Shown: positions 15,001 to 26,866 of the stretch, one piece after another
Layout of the letters: every line of letters starts with the position of its first letter
How positions within the stretch are numbered: the stretch's first letter is position 1
Assembly: GCA_040954595.2 (NCBI GenBank)
Contig: CM082576.2
Coordinates: 1,834,760-1,898,759, forward strand
Direction: 5' to 3'
From: Balanoglossus misakiensis
Lineage: Eukaryota > Animalia > Hemichordata
DNA: 64,000 bases
Translations under genes and position numbers: made by a program
The notes under the pieces: model-generated
Told to the model about the DNA's origin: nothing
Database searches by the model: none
What the model saw: the letters and a program-made list of their open reading frames with translations, nothing else

Positions 15001-18000
15001 TATAAGGTGATATTTCAGAATCTACATGATCTGTGCTCACGTTTGGTTCATAGACAACAAAGCAGCACAGAACCTTCGACAATACATACCTATCTCTAGG
15101 TACTGATGTTCTCCTTGTTCTTCTTATGGTAACTGACAGTTCTTGTATCCAATCACATCCATGGTAACTGTCTACTTCCTTATTTGGTGTTGATGATGCT
15201 AACCTTTCGGCTGCACTCAGCCTCTGACCATATGCGTTTGTGGTAGATGTTATTGATGCACCTAATGACAAAAGAGATTCACAAAATTCTCATTCTCACA
15301 AACTGTGGTATAGACACAGGAGTCATACAGAAGAGTTGAAGAGTTAACAGATTTCAATGAGTGCCATTCTAAGAAGATTTTTGCCCGTAGTATACAATAT
15401 TGCGGAAATCATTCACTCACCTTTGCCAGTTGTTGCCATTTTCTTCCTGGTGTTTGCTTCATTCTCTGGTGATTCAGTGGCCTGGATATGAAGCAGAAAC
15501 GATCTACTTTTCATTTTCAACAGATCATGACTGGTCATAGTGATCAAGCCACCTCTACCACTCATGTCCATTGATGAGTTGATATCAATTGGACCACAGA
15601 TCACATCAATCTTGTGTTTCTCCAGAAACGTTGACTTCATCTCGCTGGCATTCCCACTTCCTGTTCCCAGAGGAGTAGACGTTGAAGAGATCTCAGGGGG
15701 AGTTTCAGAGCTCTCTCCAATGTCAATGTTTTGTTCTTTGGGTTCCTTGGGTCCCAGCTGGTCAATGTTCACATCAAACTCTTCGTCTAATGGGATTCCC
15801 GTGGACTGGTCTGTAGTCTCACTTATGTTCATTGGAATTTTTTCTGCAAGAAGAAAACAATCATACATGTGATCAGCTGTTTCTTCATGACACTTCCATT
15901 ACTCTGTTGTTATCCTACATACAATACAATCCTCATAATAACCTTTCAAACTCAGAAATGGAGTAATATTACATGATGCCAACAGTTGAGTCCCACAAAA
16001 CAATAAGCAAACTTCTAGTCAGACTACATGTAGCTGAGATCAAATATGGTTGGTTTTACATCACAGTATTTACACCTTTTGTCTGAGAAGATTAAGTACT
16101 TTTATTGTAGCTTTCTTACTTTTTGATACACCTTTTGTAGTTTTTTTCTTGTTTGCATCTTCTTTGATACTGGTGCTACTTGGTGAACGTCCAATGTTTG
16201 AGGAGTTTTGCTTGAGAAGGGTGACTTGTACTTTGGGTATAAAATCGCACATATGGTGGAGACTGAACTTGACATCAACATGACCTACACTACATGGTTT
16301 GGGTAGCACTACTTCAAAGAGGTGTTCCTTCCAACTCAAGCTGTCAAGTAAAAACATTATAATATCAGTGGTGATGTCTAGGAAAAACATGAAAGAAATC
16401 AGACACATTCATGATTACATGAATAATACCACGTCAAGAGCCTGAGTATTTACAGAATACAGTACAGTAAGAACTACTTAAATTTCCAAAAAGAATTTCA
16501 ATCAAGTGAAGTGTTGTCAGCATTACCTATCAGGCTGTAGTCTCCATGTTCTGGTGTGTTGAGTGGCATCTCCATGGTGCAATCGATGTAAATGTTGAGG
16601 GTGTCGTCTTTGCTGTTGTTCCTGTTGTACTTCTGTCCAACATGGAGGTACTGCTGCAGTGAATCTTGGCACTAGTGTTTCAAATTTGGTTAATTCAACT
16701 AATTTGGACAAGTTCTCCGGTGACACTGGCTGCCTAATTAACAGATCATTACCTGTATAGAAAACATAAAATGGAATTTTCATTGCAATGCTGACAACAG
16801 AAAATAGCTTGACTGGATAACAAAAATATTAAAGATACCACTAGTTCCTTTTTATGTTAAAAATGTCCACACAAAGCCTTACCTGGTGTCTCTTTGTTCT
16901 TTCTGTATGTAGCTCCTGTTTTGGGTTCATCTACTGTTTTCTGGTCATCCACAGGTTCTGCCACATCAACATCCAAATCTTGTGCCCTAGCACACACTTG
17001 AAAGAAACAGAGTTCACCATTGGACCTGGCTGCACACAACCTCTCCATTCCACTGCAGTAAGTGAGCGAGACAAACTCTTCACCTTTGTTACTTCGCACC
17101 ACTTTGGTTGCATTGCCATTGACTCTGGCTGGTATCTCTGCCAGGGTTGTAAATGATCCCACGTCCATGAAGACAATGCCACCTTCCCAAGTAGTAGCAG
17201 CGAGTTGTCCTAGGGATGGATTCCTTGCCACCGTTCCATTTTCCTCTCCGTTCATTTTGTCAAGTGGTGACACTTTCTCTTCTGGGGTTTGGGTTTCATC
17301 ATCAGCCAGTGTGTCACAAGCCTCTTGGGGAAGCATGATCAAATTTGTCATAATTTTGGACAGCGATTTGATCTCATGGATTACAATAGGCTGTTCATCT
17401 AACGTTACTGCTGCATGACTAAAATTTAATTTGTACAGAAGCAGAAATCCACCTGAGTCAACAGAACTGAGTTCCTGTATTGAAGTACGATCCCCTGCAC
17501 TACTGTCAATTTCTGTAGTATCAGAAGTTCCTGTGCTATCTTTGTTCAGATCATTTTGTCCTGAGGCTCCAGCACTGCACTCTTTCTCATGTTGCTTTAT
17601 GGAATCCACTATAATTGTGGGCACCGCAACAACCACAAGATGGGAGTTATCTAGAGTGGGTATGATGTGCGAGACACACATGTTGCCTTTGTTTGCAATG
17701 GTTTCTGGCAGCTCAACACACTGGATCAACCCACCCTGTTTTTCACTGCTTGCACCTGGACCATCCACAGTATCATAGCATGAATTGATGGCAGTTTCAG
17801 TAAACGCCACTGGCTCTTCAATATAAACTTGCTGGTCCTCTACTTCTAATATCTGTGGCATATAGAATTCCTGCAATACTGATGGTGGGGGAGGTGGGGG
17901 TGGTGGCGGAGCTGGGTAAGCTGTTCCTTTGCCTTCTATCATTTGGGATTCACTTAATGTGTGATAGACTAAAATACAAGGTACATTATTTGGTTCCCTA

Positions 18001-21000
18001 CATATAGAAGCGCTGTTGCTGTTTTCTGCTAATGTACCTACTTGGTTTTCAACACATGACGTAGCACTGTCTGAGAGCGGTATCTCTTTGCTGCTTTCAC
18101 TGCTGGCTTTACAAACTAATGTTCCAACCATTAAAGTTGGGTATGTGCATACAACTTGTGGCTGTTTGCTACCTTCTGCTTCTTGAAGTTGACCGTTCCT
18201 CTCAGGACTGTTTACAACACATAGTGATGTCACCAGGATATCTTCTGAAGGAGGTGAGAGCACAGATTTGCCTGAAAATTAAAATCACAACGATCAACAT
18301 GTCTGAAAAAATAGCTCTTTATCATATTTCTTAGCAGAATAATCTCACTTTTATTCATTGGTTTGCACATTTTGAACTTTTTGTGTCATATCTGTCCTCC
18401 CAGACTTTGTCCATGGCGGACTACTACTAAGGTAAGTTACACACCTCCATTTTGATTGTTTTCCTTGTCTGAGAGTACTTTCCATGCACCGCTTACATCG
18501 ATGACTTGCACTGTACTTCCTTCTTCACCTGATAACACAATCATAAAGAAGAAAATCAGTGCAAAATATCCCTTTCCAAGATACACCTAAAAGGGTCAAT
18601 ACAAAAATTGTCAATGTTTCAGATCTTGAATTTTGTAAACTCTCTGACAGCTTATTCAACAACACTAGAGCTGTTAAACTTGTTCCAGGAACAAGTCTGA
18701 CAGATACAGTAGATTGGAATATGGAAGAAGTTTGACAGAAGAAAGTGCCTACTGCCAATTCTATAACCTCCCCGACTCAGGTACATGTATATGTAATCTG
18801 GACATACCTTCATCAACAGTCTCCTTCACAGGGGTCTTGTCTTCCTTGCTTAGGTCCTTACTGTTAAATAAAATAACATAAAAGTACACATGATGATAAT
18901 GTTCTTGTGACATACACACATTCAATATTAGAATGTTTTTTTCCAAAGTGAAGGTCATTACATTAACAGTACTTAATAAAAGATAGAGGATAATTATCAC
19001 AAAATTGCTTGCTGACCTTTTTTCAACAAGTTTCTCCTCTTCTGGTTTTCTTTCACCCCAGGCCTCCACTACCCTTTTCACAGCAACTGCACCTTTCTTC
19101 AGTATTCTGTGTGCTATTAAAGGTTCCTTTGGATCGACATTGAAGTTTCTCACCAACTTCATTTGTCTGGATAGATCCCATATACTAATGTTGCCATGGA
19201 CAGATGATGTTGCTAGAAGGCTTGGGCATGAGCTTGTACTCACACATGTGATCTGCGATAAAGAGTTGTAATTTGTATAGTCAGATCTGTATGGAATGTC
19301 CACAGGAGTTGCAATATGAAACACAACGAGTATCATTGCTGATACAGCTCCACTATCAGAAAAAATATGATTTTTGATAACCTTTGTATTGAATTGACTA
19401 CTCAACAGTTCTTGAGATATCATTTTAACAGACAGGCATACACACAGACAGACAGATGCACACTGGTACGACTATGCCTCACCCGTGTGAATACATGAAG
19501 AACAGGACTGATCACTTGGGTTCTTACCTCCTGGGAACTGTCTGCATGTAACTGTGCTGGTCCACTGGCCAATGTCACAGCAATTGGAACATTCTGAGTG
19601 TATTCACCCCTAACAAATGGACAGTTTGCAGAATGTCTCTCATGTTCAGACCTAAAGAAAACACAGATATCCAGCACATAATCATTTTGAAAAATGAAAT
19701 ACCATATGTACAAGAAAGCACACCTAAATAGAAAACACTTGTTGAATTTTGTTGGCTGTTATATAAAGTCATCCTACTTCAGAAAAAGAATGTGTTGGCA
19801 CAAGTGTGGTTCTTGAACAGTGTACTATGAGGCCGTTGAACTTGAATGGTTTGACCCCACTCAGAAAAGAAAGAAAGACTAAATTAAAAAGACGATATAC
19901 ACACTGAATATGATGAAAGTGAACTCACCATGGTTCATCAGTAGGTTCCCAACACACAAGACACACACTACATGTGAAACACATTGCACGATCATCACCA
20001 GCTGATGTTGGCTGAAATAAGAACACAAATCTAGGTAACAAAATGGCAGCTCGCTGTAATAAATACTACTAGATAAGAGTACTATATACATGTAGCTGGT
20101 CCCTATCTAAGAGGGACAGGGAAATGTTTGGTGAGAGTAAATACCATACTGTCTTACCTGATGATAAAAACCAGCTTGGGCCATTGCATCAGGGAGTGCA
20201 TATCTGTGAATGAAACATTTATGACCATGAAAGAAATGATAGATACTAGCAGCTGGAACCAGATGTGAACTGGATATGCCCCTGTACTTGGCCTGTCATC
20301 AGGCTTTATTCACAAAATACATGTACTGGCAATTTTTACTTGATTGTGCAATCTGATTGGTTCCAATAAAATTGTGTTGGAGAACAGACATTCTACACGT
20401 ACACTGTGCCTTCAGTCATGGTTAGGGGTCAGAGATCACAGAGCCCCTGCACATGCAGGGATGGCTAGAGCGCACTCTACAAGTCCCCCTGGAAAAAGTC
20501 TGGGGGACATACAATGTAAAATTTCTTGAAAAGTGAAGAATTACCAAGAACAGAGGAAACATACTTGTAATCCATATGAGGCCATGGCCCAAATGTTTCC
20601 CTACGAGCAGCTTCACCATACATAACAGATCTATCGATTGTCCGACCTCCAACAACAGATGAATGACTTGCTTCAGGTTGGCCAGCTGGATACAGTGCAG
20701 CTAGTCGATCTAGAATGGCAGAGCTGATAGAAAGGCTGGGTACATGTTGATTACTTCTCCTCAACTCTAATATCAAGCTGTTACACACAGATCTTAATGC
20801 ACACAATGGGAGATTCAAACATACAGTTGCCCACTGGGGAGAAAATAAGAAATACATACAAAACATTAATTATGTCATCTTAATCACAAACTACTTGGTC
20901 AAATAAATTTTGGTCAAAGAGTCATCAAAACCAATGGAAAAAAGTCCTTTACATGTCTGTCAAGGTCAAAACAGCTGCTGAGTTTTCATTACAGCTGACC

Positions 21001-22818
21001 ATACATGTACGACCGCCTTCCGACTTCTTTTCTGGCATGAAATTTGCTTGCTGAACACTAAGACGGTAAGAACCTATGGACACTGCATGTGGGTACAGAA
21101 GGAAAGCTAGTCTCTGATCTGTATACAGTGTTTCTTCTCCATACCTTAGCTAACTTATGGTTGGCATGGTCAAGCTGAGTGCTGCCTTTCAGCCCATTCT
21201 CCAGTTCTTCCATTACATCTTCAAGGAACTCAACTCCAGGTAAATCAGTTTTCTTTAAACAGATCAACAGCTGAGAAGCCTATAACAGTAAGCACATGTA
21301 CGTGTAAGCAAGAAAAGAATGGCAATTTTTTCAAAAACATGAATTGTGCCATTCTCGGTGCTTTTGAAGCGGAGCTTTTAGATTTAAACGCAAAAATATT
21401 CCTCGTTGGATCAATTGAGATACACTTAGTGATTACCTCAGATGCTGAAATCTCCACTTTGACCAAGTCTTCACTTCTAGACACAGGAACTTGCAATGCA
21501 GTGTCAAGTAACAGAACACCACTTAGATCTCTACGTGAACCCACAGCATGGCCATCAGTGACAAACAATTTATCACATTCTGGTAAATACATACTCTGGA
21601 TCTTACCACCAGGCTTGCCTACATGAGTGAAATAAACATCCTTCATTGATGCATGGTTACAGTACTACAAATTTTAAAGATCTTTTATAAAAATTGTTTA
21701 TCAACTTTTTGCAAGCTGAGTTGAAACTGATTTTGCGTGCCCACAGATGCCGTAATTTCAGCAAAATTTATCGTATTAAAATGAATATGAACAGGAGATT
21801 GGGAAATCTTCATTTTTCTGCAAATAATACGTATGCTCACGCTGTTTGGACAAATGTCATATGTTCAGAACGGTCATTCAGAATTTTGTGAAGAATGGCA
21901 TAATAAGTGAATGGTCAGGTTTTTGACGTACATGTACAGGTAAAACATGGCAAATAAACAGGAAGAAATTTACAATTTACACTTGTTCAAGATTCCTACA
22001 GGATACACAATCGCACCATATTTTTGTATGAAATTTTCCCAAAATGTAGAAAACCAAAACTATTCGGAAATATTTCAAGTGAAAATTTCAGCTGAATATT
22101 AACGTGATACATCTCAGATTTGTTACTGCCAGAGGAATGGCGGAGTGGGTGTAGTTTCGTTTCTTCCTTCCTTCCTTCTTGGCACGATTACGGTTTAATA
22201 ATTATCCCCACTACCCAGAACAACATGGCGCCTACTCCATAAGTTTTATGTGTCATGAGTAATGTAGAGGCGCAATCTTGTTCTGGGGAATATTAAATTG
22301 TAATTATGCTTTTTTTTCTTACATGTTTCTTTTTCTGATATTTCTAACATATGCCGCTCGTGGCGCAGTTCTCAAACAGGAAATATGGACTCAATTTCAA
22401 GACATGAAACAAATCATTGAAGAGATTTTACGATTTAAAACGGAATGACTAGCCAATTTTCAGTGAATTCACATCATGATTTTCCTTGCTGGCCTTTTCC
22501 TGTCAAATAACAGTGCAGCAAGATTATACGAGCATGATAATATTCATAACGAAACACTGTAAGTCTTTGCAAGTCACACCTCAGCAGAACGCGGCGACCA
22601 ATGGCTATGGGCAGCCTACGTCGAACGATTTGTCATACTCTACCTGAGAGGGTCGATTTTTGAAGTACGACGCCGGAGTTTACATCTATTACTTGCACAG
22701 CGGAATCGTGAGTGACTGCCAAGACTGTATTGAGCTTGGGGTGAAAAACAACGCTGCTTGTCTGCTCCCCTACAGACAAACAGCCGTCTTGACTAACAGA
22801 CCACTCCATGGCAGCCAT
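1..22818 (-). CDS. BIRC6: BIRC6/BRUCE/Apollon giant IAP (E2/E3 hybrid); 5' and central portion, the UBC-domain 3' end lies outside the window
   Basis: 44 frame-consistent GT-AG exons: 22818-22644, 21618-21437, 21279-21145, 20833-20565, 20203-20158, 20011-19929, 19651-19528, 19252-19017, 18860-18808, 18528-18445, 18271-16883, 16752-16527, 16340-16120, 15843-15421, 15261-15090, 14857-14687, 14489-14364, 14187-13933, 13702-13359, 13108-12903, 12180-11959, 11795-11687, 11436-11222, 11097-10328, 10037-9889, 9762-9622, 9417-9245, 9130-9026, 8795-8574, 8476-8293, 8142-6980, 6690-6554, 6448-5397, 5201-5004, 4838-4638, 4446-4167, 3973-3723, 3437-3332, 3197-2964, 2687-2518, 2301-1327, 941-762, 589-278, 147-<1. 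Recognised BIRC6 motifs include PPCWTEVQQEQQQRRHPQHLH, MASAEQQLQ, FMTPPLTPPNE, ERMHSGARRF, GQGPLDAQVKLL, PPHRRARSAAWSYHF and LQVFASMGGLA. A few boundaries in low-complexity regions (e.g. 16120, 18445) are less certain. Confidence 0.97.
19528..20660 (-). other. BIRC6: BIR zinc-binding domain of BIRC6, split over four exons
   Basis: Spliced translation MYGEAARRETFGPWPHMDYK|YALPDAMAQAGFYHQ|PTSAGDDRAMCFTCSVCLVCWEPTDEPW|SEHERHSANCPFV has the C-x2-C-x16-H-x6-C BIR pattern. Confidence 0.95.
22186..22305. mobile_element. Small foldback/MITE-like element in BIRC6 intron 1
   Basis: CCCAGAACAACATGGCGCCT (22214-22233) matches the reverse complement of 22268-22287 at 18/20. Outer arms are GATTACGGTTTAATA and TATTAAATTGTAATT. 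Confidence 0.6.
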
Positions 22819-23425
22819 TTTGCAACATGACGTCATGAGTTACATGCGCGCACGCGAACGTTAATTACGGTTGGATCATTATTAATTCTAGATTCAAAGA
22901 CAGTTTTAAGGTTTAATTTCGAATAAAGCGGCCCATTTGGTATATTTGATTTCTTACTTAATTCTGGTACAGAAGAGAAATTATGACCATAAGTCATTGC
23001 GAGAATACTTCCGGTTTGGGAAAGTAGTCCCATGAAACTTTTCTAGTTTTTATGTAGGTCTCCGCAAGACTGTGAGCAGTCACTGTACTTCCACGTGTTA
23101 ATGAATGATTCTCCGAAATAGTGTATAATTACACACACCTTTCGTAGTTTTCATTTAAATTGTCAGGAAATGGACAACAAATGTAAAAAATAAACGAATC
23201 AAATCAAAACACGACAGCTTTATTCTGGAGTCTTTTCTGAGAGCGGAATAATTCAAGAAGTAAATCAGCCAATGGCCTGGTCTAGTCTGTACATACGTAC
23301 AAAATGCGGGTGAATGAATGAAATGTTTTAATTAATAAAGTGAGTGGTCGTGGAAAAGTGGGTGGTACACCTGTAACCTGTACTGGCGAGGTCTGGGATG
23401 CGACGTCCCGCTATTCAGTTAGAAA
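22819..23425. promoter_or_regulatory. Candidate bidirectional promoter BIRC6/KCNK1-like (607 bp between start codons)
   Basis: CpG-rich relative to the flanking gene bodies. Contains the CRE palindrome CATGACGTCATG (22826-22837), an NRF1-like TGCGCGCA (about 22845), ETS ACTTCCGG next to an ACTAC-nnn-CCCA ZNF143/THAP11-type motif (23007-23031), E-box CACGTG (23091) and CCAAT (about 23269). A YY1-like AAAATGGCTGC overlaps the BIRC6 ATG. Confidence 0.7.
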
Positions 23426-26400
23426 ATGTCCTCTAAACTGTCAGTAAATCTGAATGTTAGATTTGTCCTATTAGTTTCTTTCTTAGTTGTGTATCTGTGC
23501 ATCGGTGGAGCTGTCTTTTCGGCGATTGAAGGTCCCATTGAAAAAGAAAGTCGAGACGAACTCTTATCTTACGTTGGTAACTTTATGTCACAGCATGAAT
23601 GTCTGACATACTCGGATCTGAATGAATTCATGAAGAAAATCACTCGGGAAGATGCCAGGGGCGTGTCAGCTGTTGATAATGGAACCAAACCATTAAATTG
23701 GAACTTCGCACCAGCTTTGTTTTTCTCTGCAACAGTTATAACAACAATAGGTAAGGGATAAAGTTTACAATTTAGCCTAGGTACGTGGGCTGGATCGTGC
23801 GACTTGTGCGATGTTTCGTGCGTACGTATCGCGGGAGGTCCAACCATGGCAACCAACCAGCCGGCCTACCAAGGCTACTATAAAGCGCTGTCAACTACCG
23901 TGCGACCTGTGGTGTGAGCCACAGTGAAGTCGCTGCCGCGTTTTCACCAAAAAGTTCAGTGTATCATGGGTGTTATTATTTTAAAAGTTGGAAAACCATT
24001 TGCAAATTGCACATTGTAATTGTATTCATATTATTTTTGAGCCATCAACAGAAGAGAGTGTACGAACCAAATGTGTTGCAACTGACAAGATGATGATGGG
24101 CGTGGCATATAATTGTTTCTATGGACAATTCGTCAATCAAGAATATTTCAGTAACTTTTTCTGAGATTTGGCAGGAAGATAACTTGGACGAATTTCTCTA
24201 AAACCTGTAGTTGATAGGGGAAAGTTACAGCAAGGGAGTTTTCAGTTTTAAGCATTGCTTATTTGAAATTTATTGACTTTTCTGGAGCTCAATTGTATGG
24301 AGGAAGACATCATATGTTCACGTCTAGTCCACCAGTCTGAATGTTTGTTATCCATACTCCTTCATATGTACATTCTTACAAGTCAATATGTACTAAAATT
24401 GTTGAATGGAAAGGAAAAATATCAGGGTACCATGCAATTATGAAAAACCTGGAAGACTACTGAAAAAAAGCTGGTATTGTCAATTAAGGTCAATTGACAT
24501 GAAATATGGATTGATGAAAAAATTTCATCTCTACTGTTGTAATTATTATATTTAATAAGCCAGACAGGAAATTAACCTTCTGTGGCCTGGTGTGATACCC
24601 TGTATTTGATTAATCAAATTCAAATTGGGAAAAGATCTTATATTTGGTTCTTAAATGAATGAAGTTAACTTGCTATTGTTGTTTGTATCATGCAAGATTC
24701 ACCCATCAATCTATTAATTGTTATCTTCTGTTTGGTTTACATATATGAATTTCTCGGCATATGTATGTATGTGTGTGTAAGAGTCCACTGCAAATTTTTT
24801 TAGAACCATCACATGTACATATCTAGTCACCTTAGCGTTTGGTGTATAGATTTTTGCTGACCTGTAGAATTTGGGTTTACAGGGTCCTAGAGAATGTTTC
24901 AATGAAAATTTAATTTTTTCAAAGTGTTCATTAAAAAATATAGCAGTAATATAATATTTATGTCGAGTTTTACTTAACAGAGAAACTACATTTACCAACC
25001 AGAAAACATGTTTTGTCAAAAGACTACAATGGCAGTTTGCATCCCGTACATTGTGTTAATTACCATGTCATGTCATGGCATGAAGATGGAGTTGTCCTGT
25101 CGGTGCAGTAAATAATAAAATATCTAAATGAAAGTCATTTCAACAAATGCTTGATTACTTTTTTTCTAAAACACTCAAAAACTATTTTGGGAGTTATGTT
25201 ATTAAAAAAACCTCTGTACTGACTCGGTATACCAGCATTTTTTTAGTCTGCAGTCTACATGGCAACTATAGCTATTACTAGTATTTTTAGCTCCTGTTTT
25301 GCATATATGAGTGTAAATTATGGGATCAGTTGGTATCTGTGGTATGAATGTCTGAATTATGACAGTATGTAGGTAGGGCCATTTTTGTCATTTTTAATTC
25401 TCAGAGGAAAAAAATAATCAGATTAAACCTGAAAATTTTCCTTAAGGGTTCTGTAAGTATTTCTCATTATGGCATGTTGAAAATATGGAGAAAATGGCAA
25501 TATTGTATTTTTAGGTTAAAAAAATCTATTGTTGAGAAAATGCATAACAAATTCTGAACTTGAGTTTACAGGTTCTAATGAATGTTCTTCATCAGATTTA
25601 TTCATATTAAAATTATGACAAAATGTGTCAGTCATTTTGGGATTCTGAAATGGGGTTGTGCGACAGACCAGCAGTAGGAGTATAATAATGTTGTTGTTTT
25701 TTTAATTTACAGGGTATGGTACTGCCTCACCACTGTCGAACTATGGAAAAGCATTCTGTGTTATCTATGCACTTGTAGGTTTGCCATTGACATTGCTGGT
25801 GATTGGAGCTTCAGTGGAAAGACTAAGTGTCCTCACAAATCACTTTCTCAAACTTCTCAATTCTATACTGAGTGAGTAGAACTACTTCTTGTCAAAGCTG
25901 ATTCTCCGATTTACCATTAATTTATTTCCATATGGATACAATGTTTTTGCAAAAATAAGTATACACCTGAGCTCTCTTGGCTGCCTGGTTGCTTTTCATA
26001 ATCAGTATAAATTTTCTTTTCTTTTCAGGTAACAAATGGAAGGCACTATCAATTCAACTACTTTATTTATTTATGCTGGGAATGATAGTGTTGATATTGT
26101 TTTACTTGATTCCTGCTGCCATATTTTATTCTATGGAGTCTGAATGGAGCTATTTTGATGCCATTTACTTTTGTTTTATCTCACTGACTACAATTGGACT
26201 GGGAGATTACACTCCAGCCAATCAATGGGAGAATTATCCGAAATATAGAAATCTTTACCTAGTTGCAATTACAGGTAAGTTTCTTTCAATGCAAGTGCAC
26301 AGTTGCTTCCACTGATTACATGTTCACATAAATATTATAAATTATGTGTAACACCTATATTCAGCATGTAAATCCATTCTTACTACAGACAAAGACAAGT

Positions 26401-26866
26401 AGAAAAGTCTGTCTTTTCTCTTTGTCTGTGCTACATACTTGACTTCTATAGACTGGCATATTCAACTATTAAACCTATTTTGTTGTATGTGTGTGTGTAT
26501 GTATGTATGTATGTATGTATGTATGCATGCATGTACATGTATGTATGTATGTACTTATGTAATTATTATGGATGTGTGATTAATTCATCTTTTATGCCAT
26601 CAAATCTTTTTTGTTTATCAGGTTACCTTATATTAGGTTTGATAAGTATGATTCTATTGGTGGAATTGATGGTTCAGATACCACAGCTGAATGCCAGCTT
26701 GCTGTTCATGATTCCAAAGACTGGAATGGATGAAGAAAATGGTGAGAATGATCGTCTGACTAATTCAGGTGATAGAGTTGCTGGAATGTATACTCTAAAC
26801 ACAAGCATAAACCAGACCCCAGCAGACAATGAAAAATATCCACTGACACAAAGTGATGCAAAGTGA
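23426..26866 (+). CDS. KCNK1: Two-pore-domain K+ channel, TWIK subfamily (KCNK1/KCNK6-like), 324 aa
   Basis: Exons 23426-23750, 25713-25871, 26029-26274, 26622-26866 (975 nt, in frame). Four TM segments, cap HECL with the dimer cysteine, P1 filter TTIG|YG split by a phase-1 intron, and P2 filter YFCFISLTTIGLGDY with the TWIK-type GLG. Confidence 0.92.
26484..26560 (+). repeat. Degenerate (GT)n/(GTAT)n microsatellite in KCNK1-like intron 3; similar degenerate tracts at about 37633-37720 and 63688-63760
   Basis: Direct reading. Confidence 0.85.

Noticed and set aside
18525-18760. 77-aa ORF in frame after a possible 47-nt BIRC6 intron
   Set aside because: It ends in a stop and has intron-like composition. 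Exon 18528-18445 gives a clean phase-1 connection instead.
20270-20310. CTGATGA (minus strand) as a hammerhead ribozyme core
   Set aside because: No stem II followed by GAAA and no matching stems I and III.
23895-23945. Hairpin GCGAC-CTGTGG...CCACAG-GTCGC after TATAAA, resembling a miRNA loop
   Set aside because: The stem is too short for a pre-miRNA and lies in the CpG-rich extension of the promoter.
24180-25620. Related TACAGG(T/G)T..AGAGAA fragments in KCNK1-like intron 1
   Set aside because: Probably old repeat debris; I could not define boundaries, TIRs or a family.
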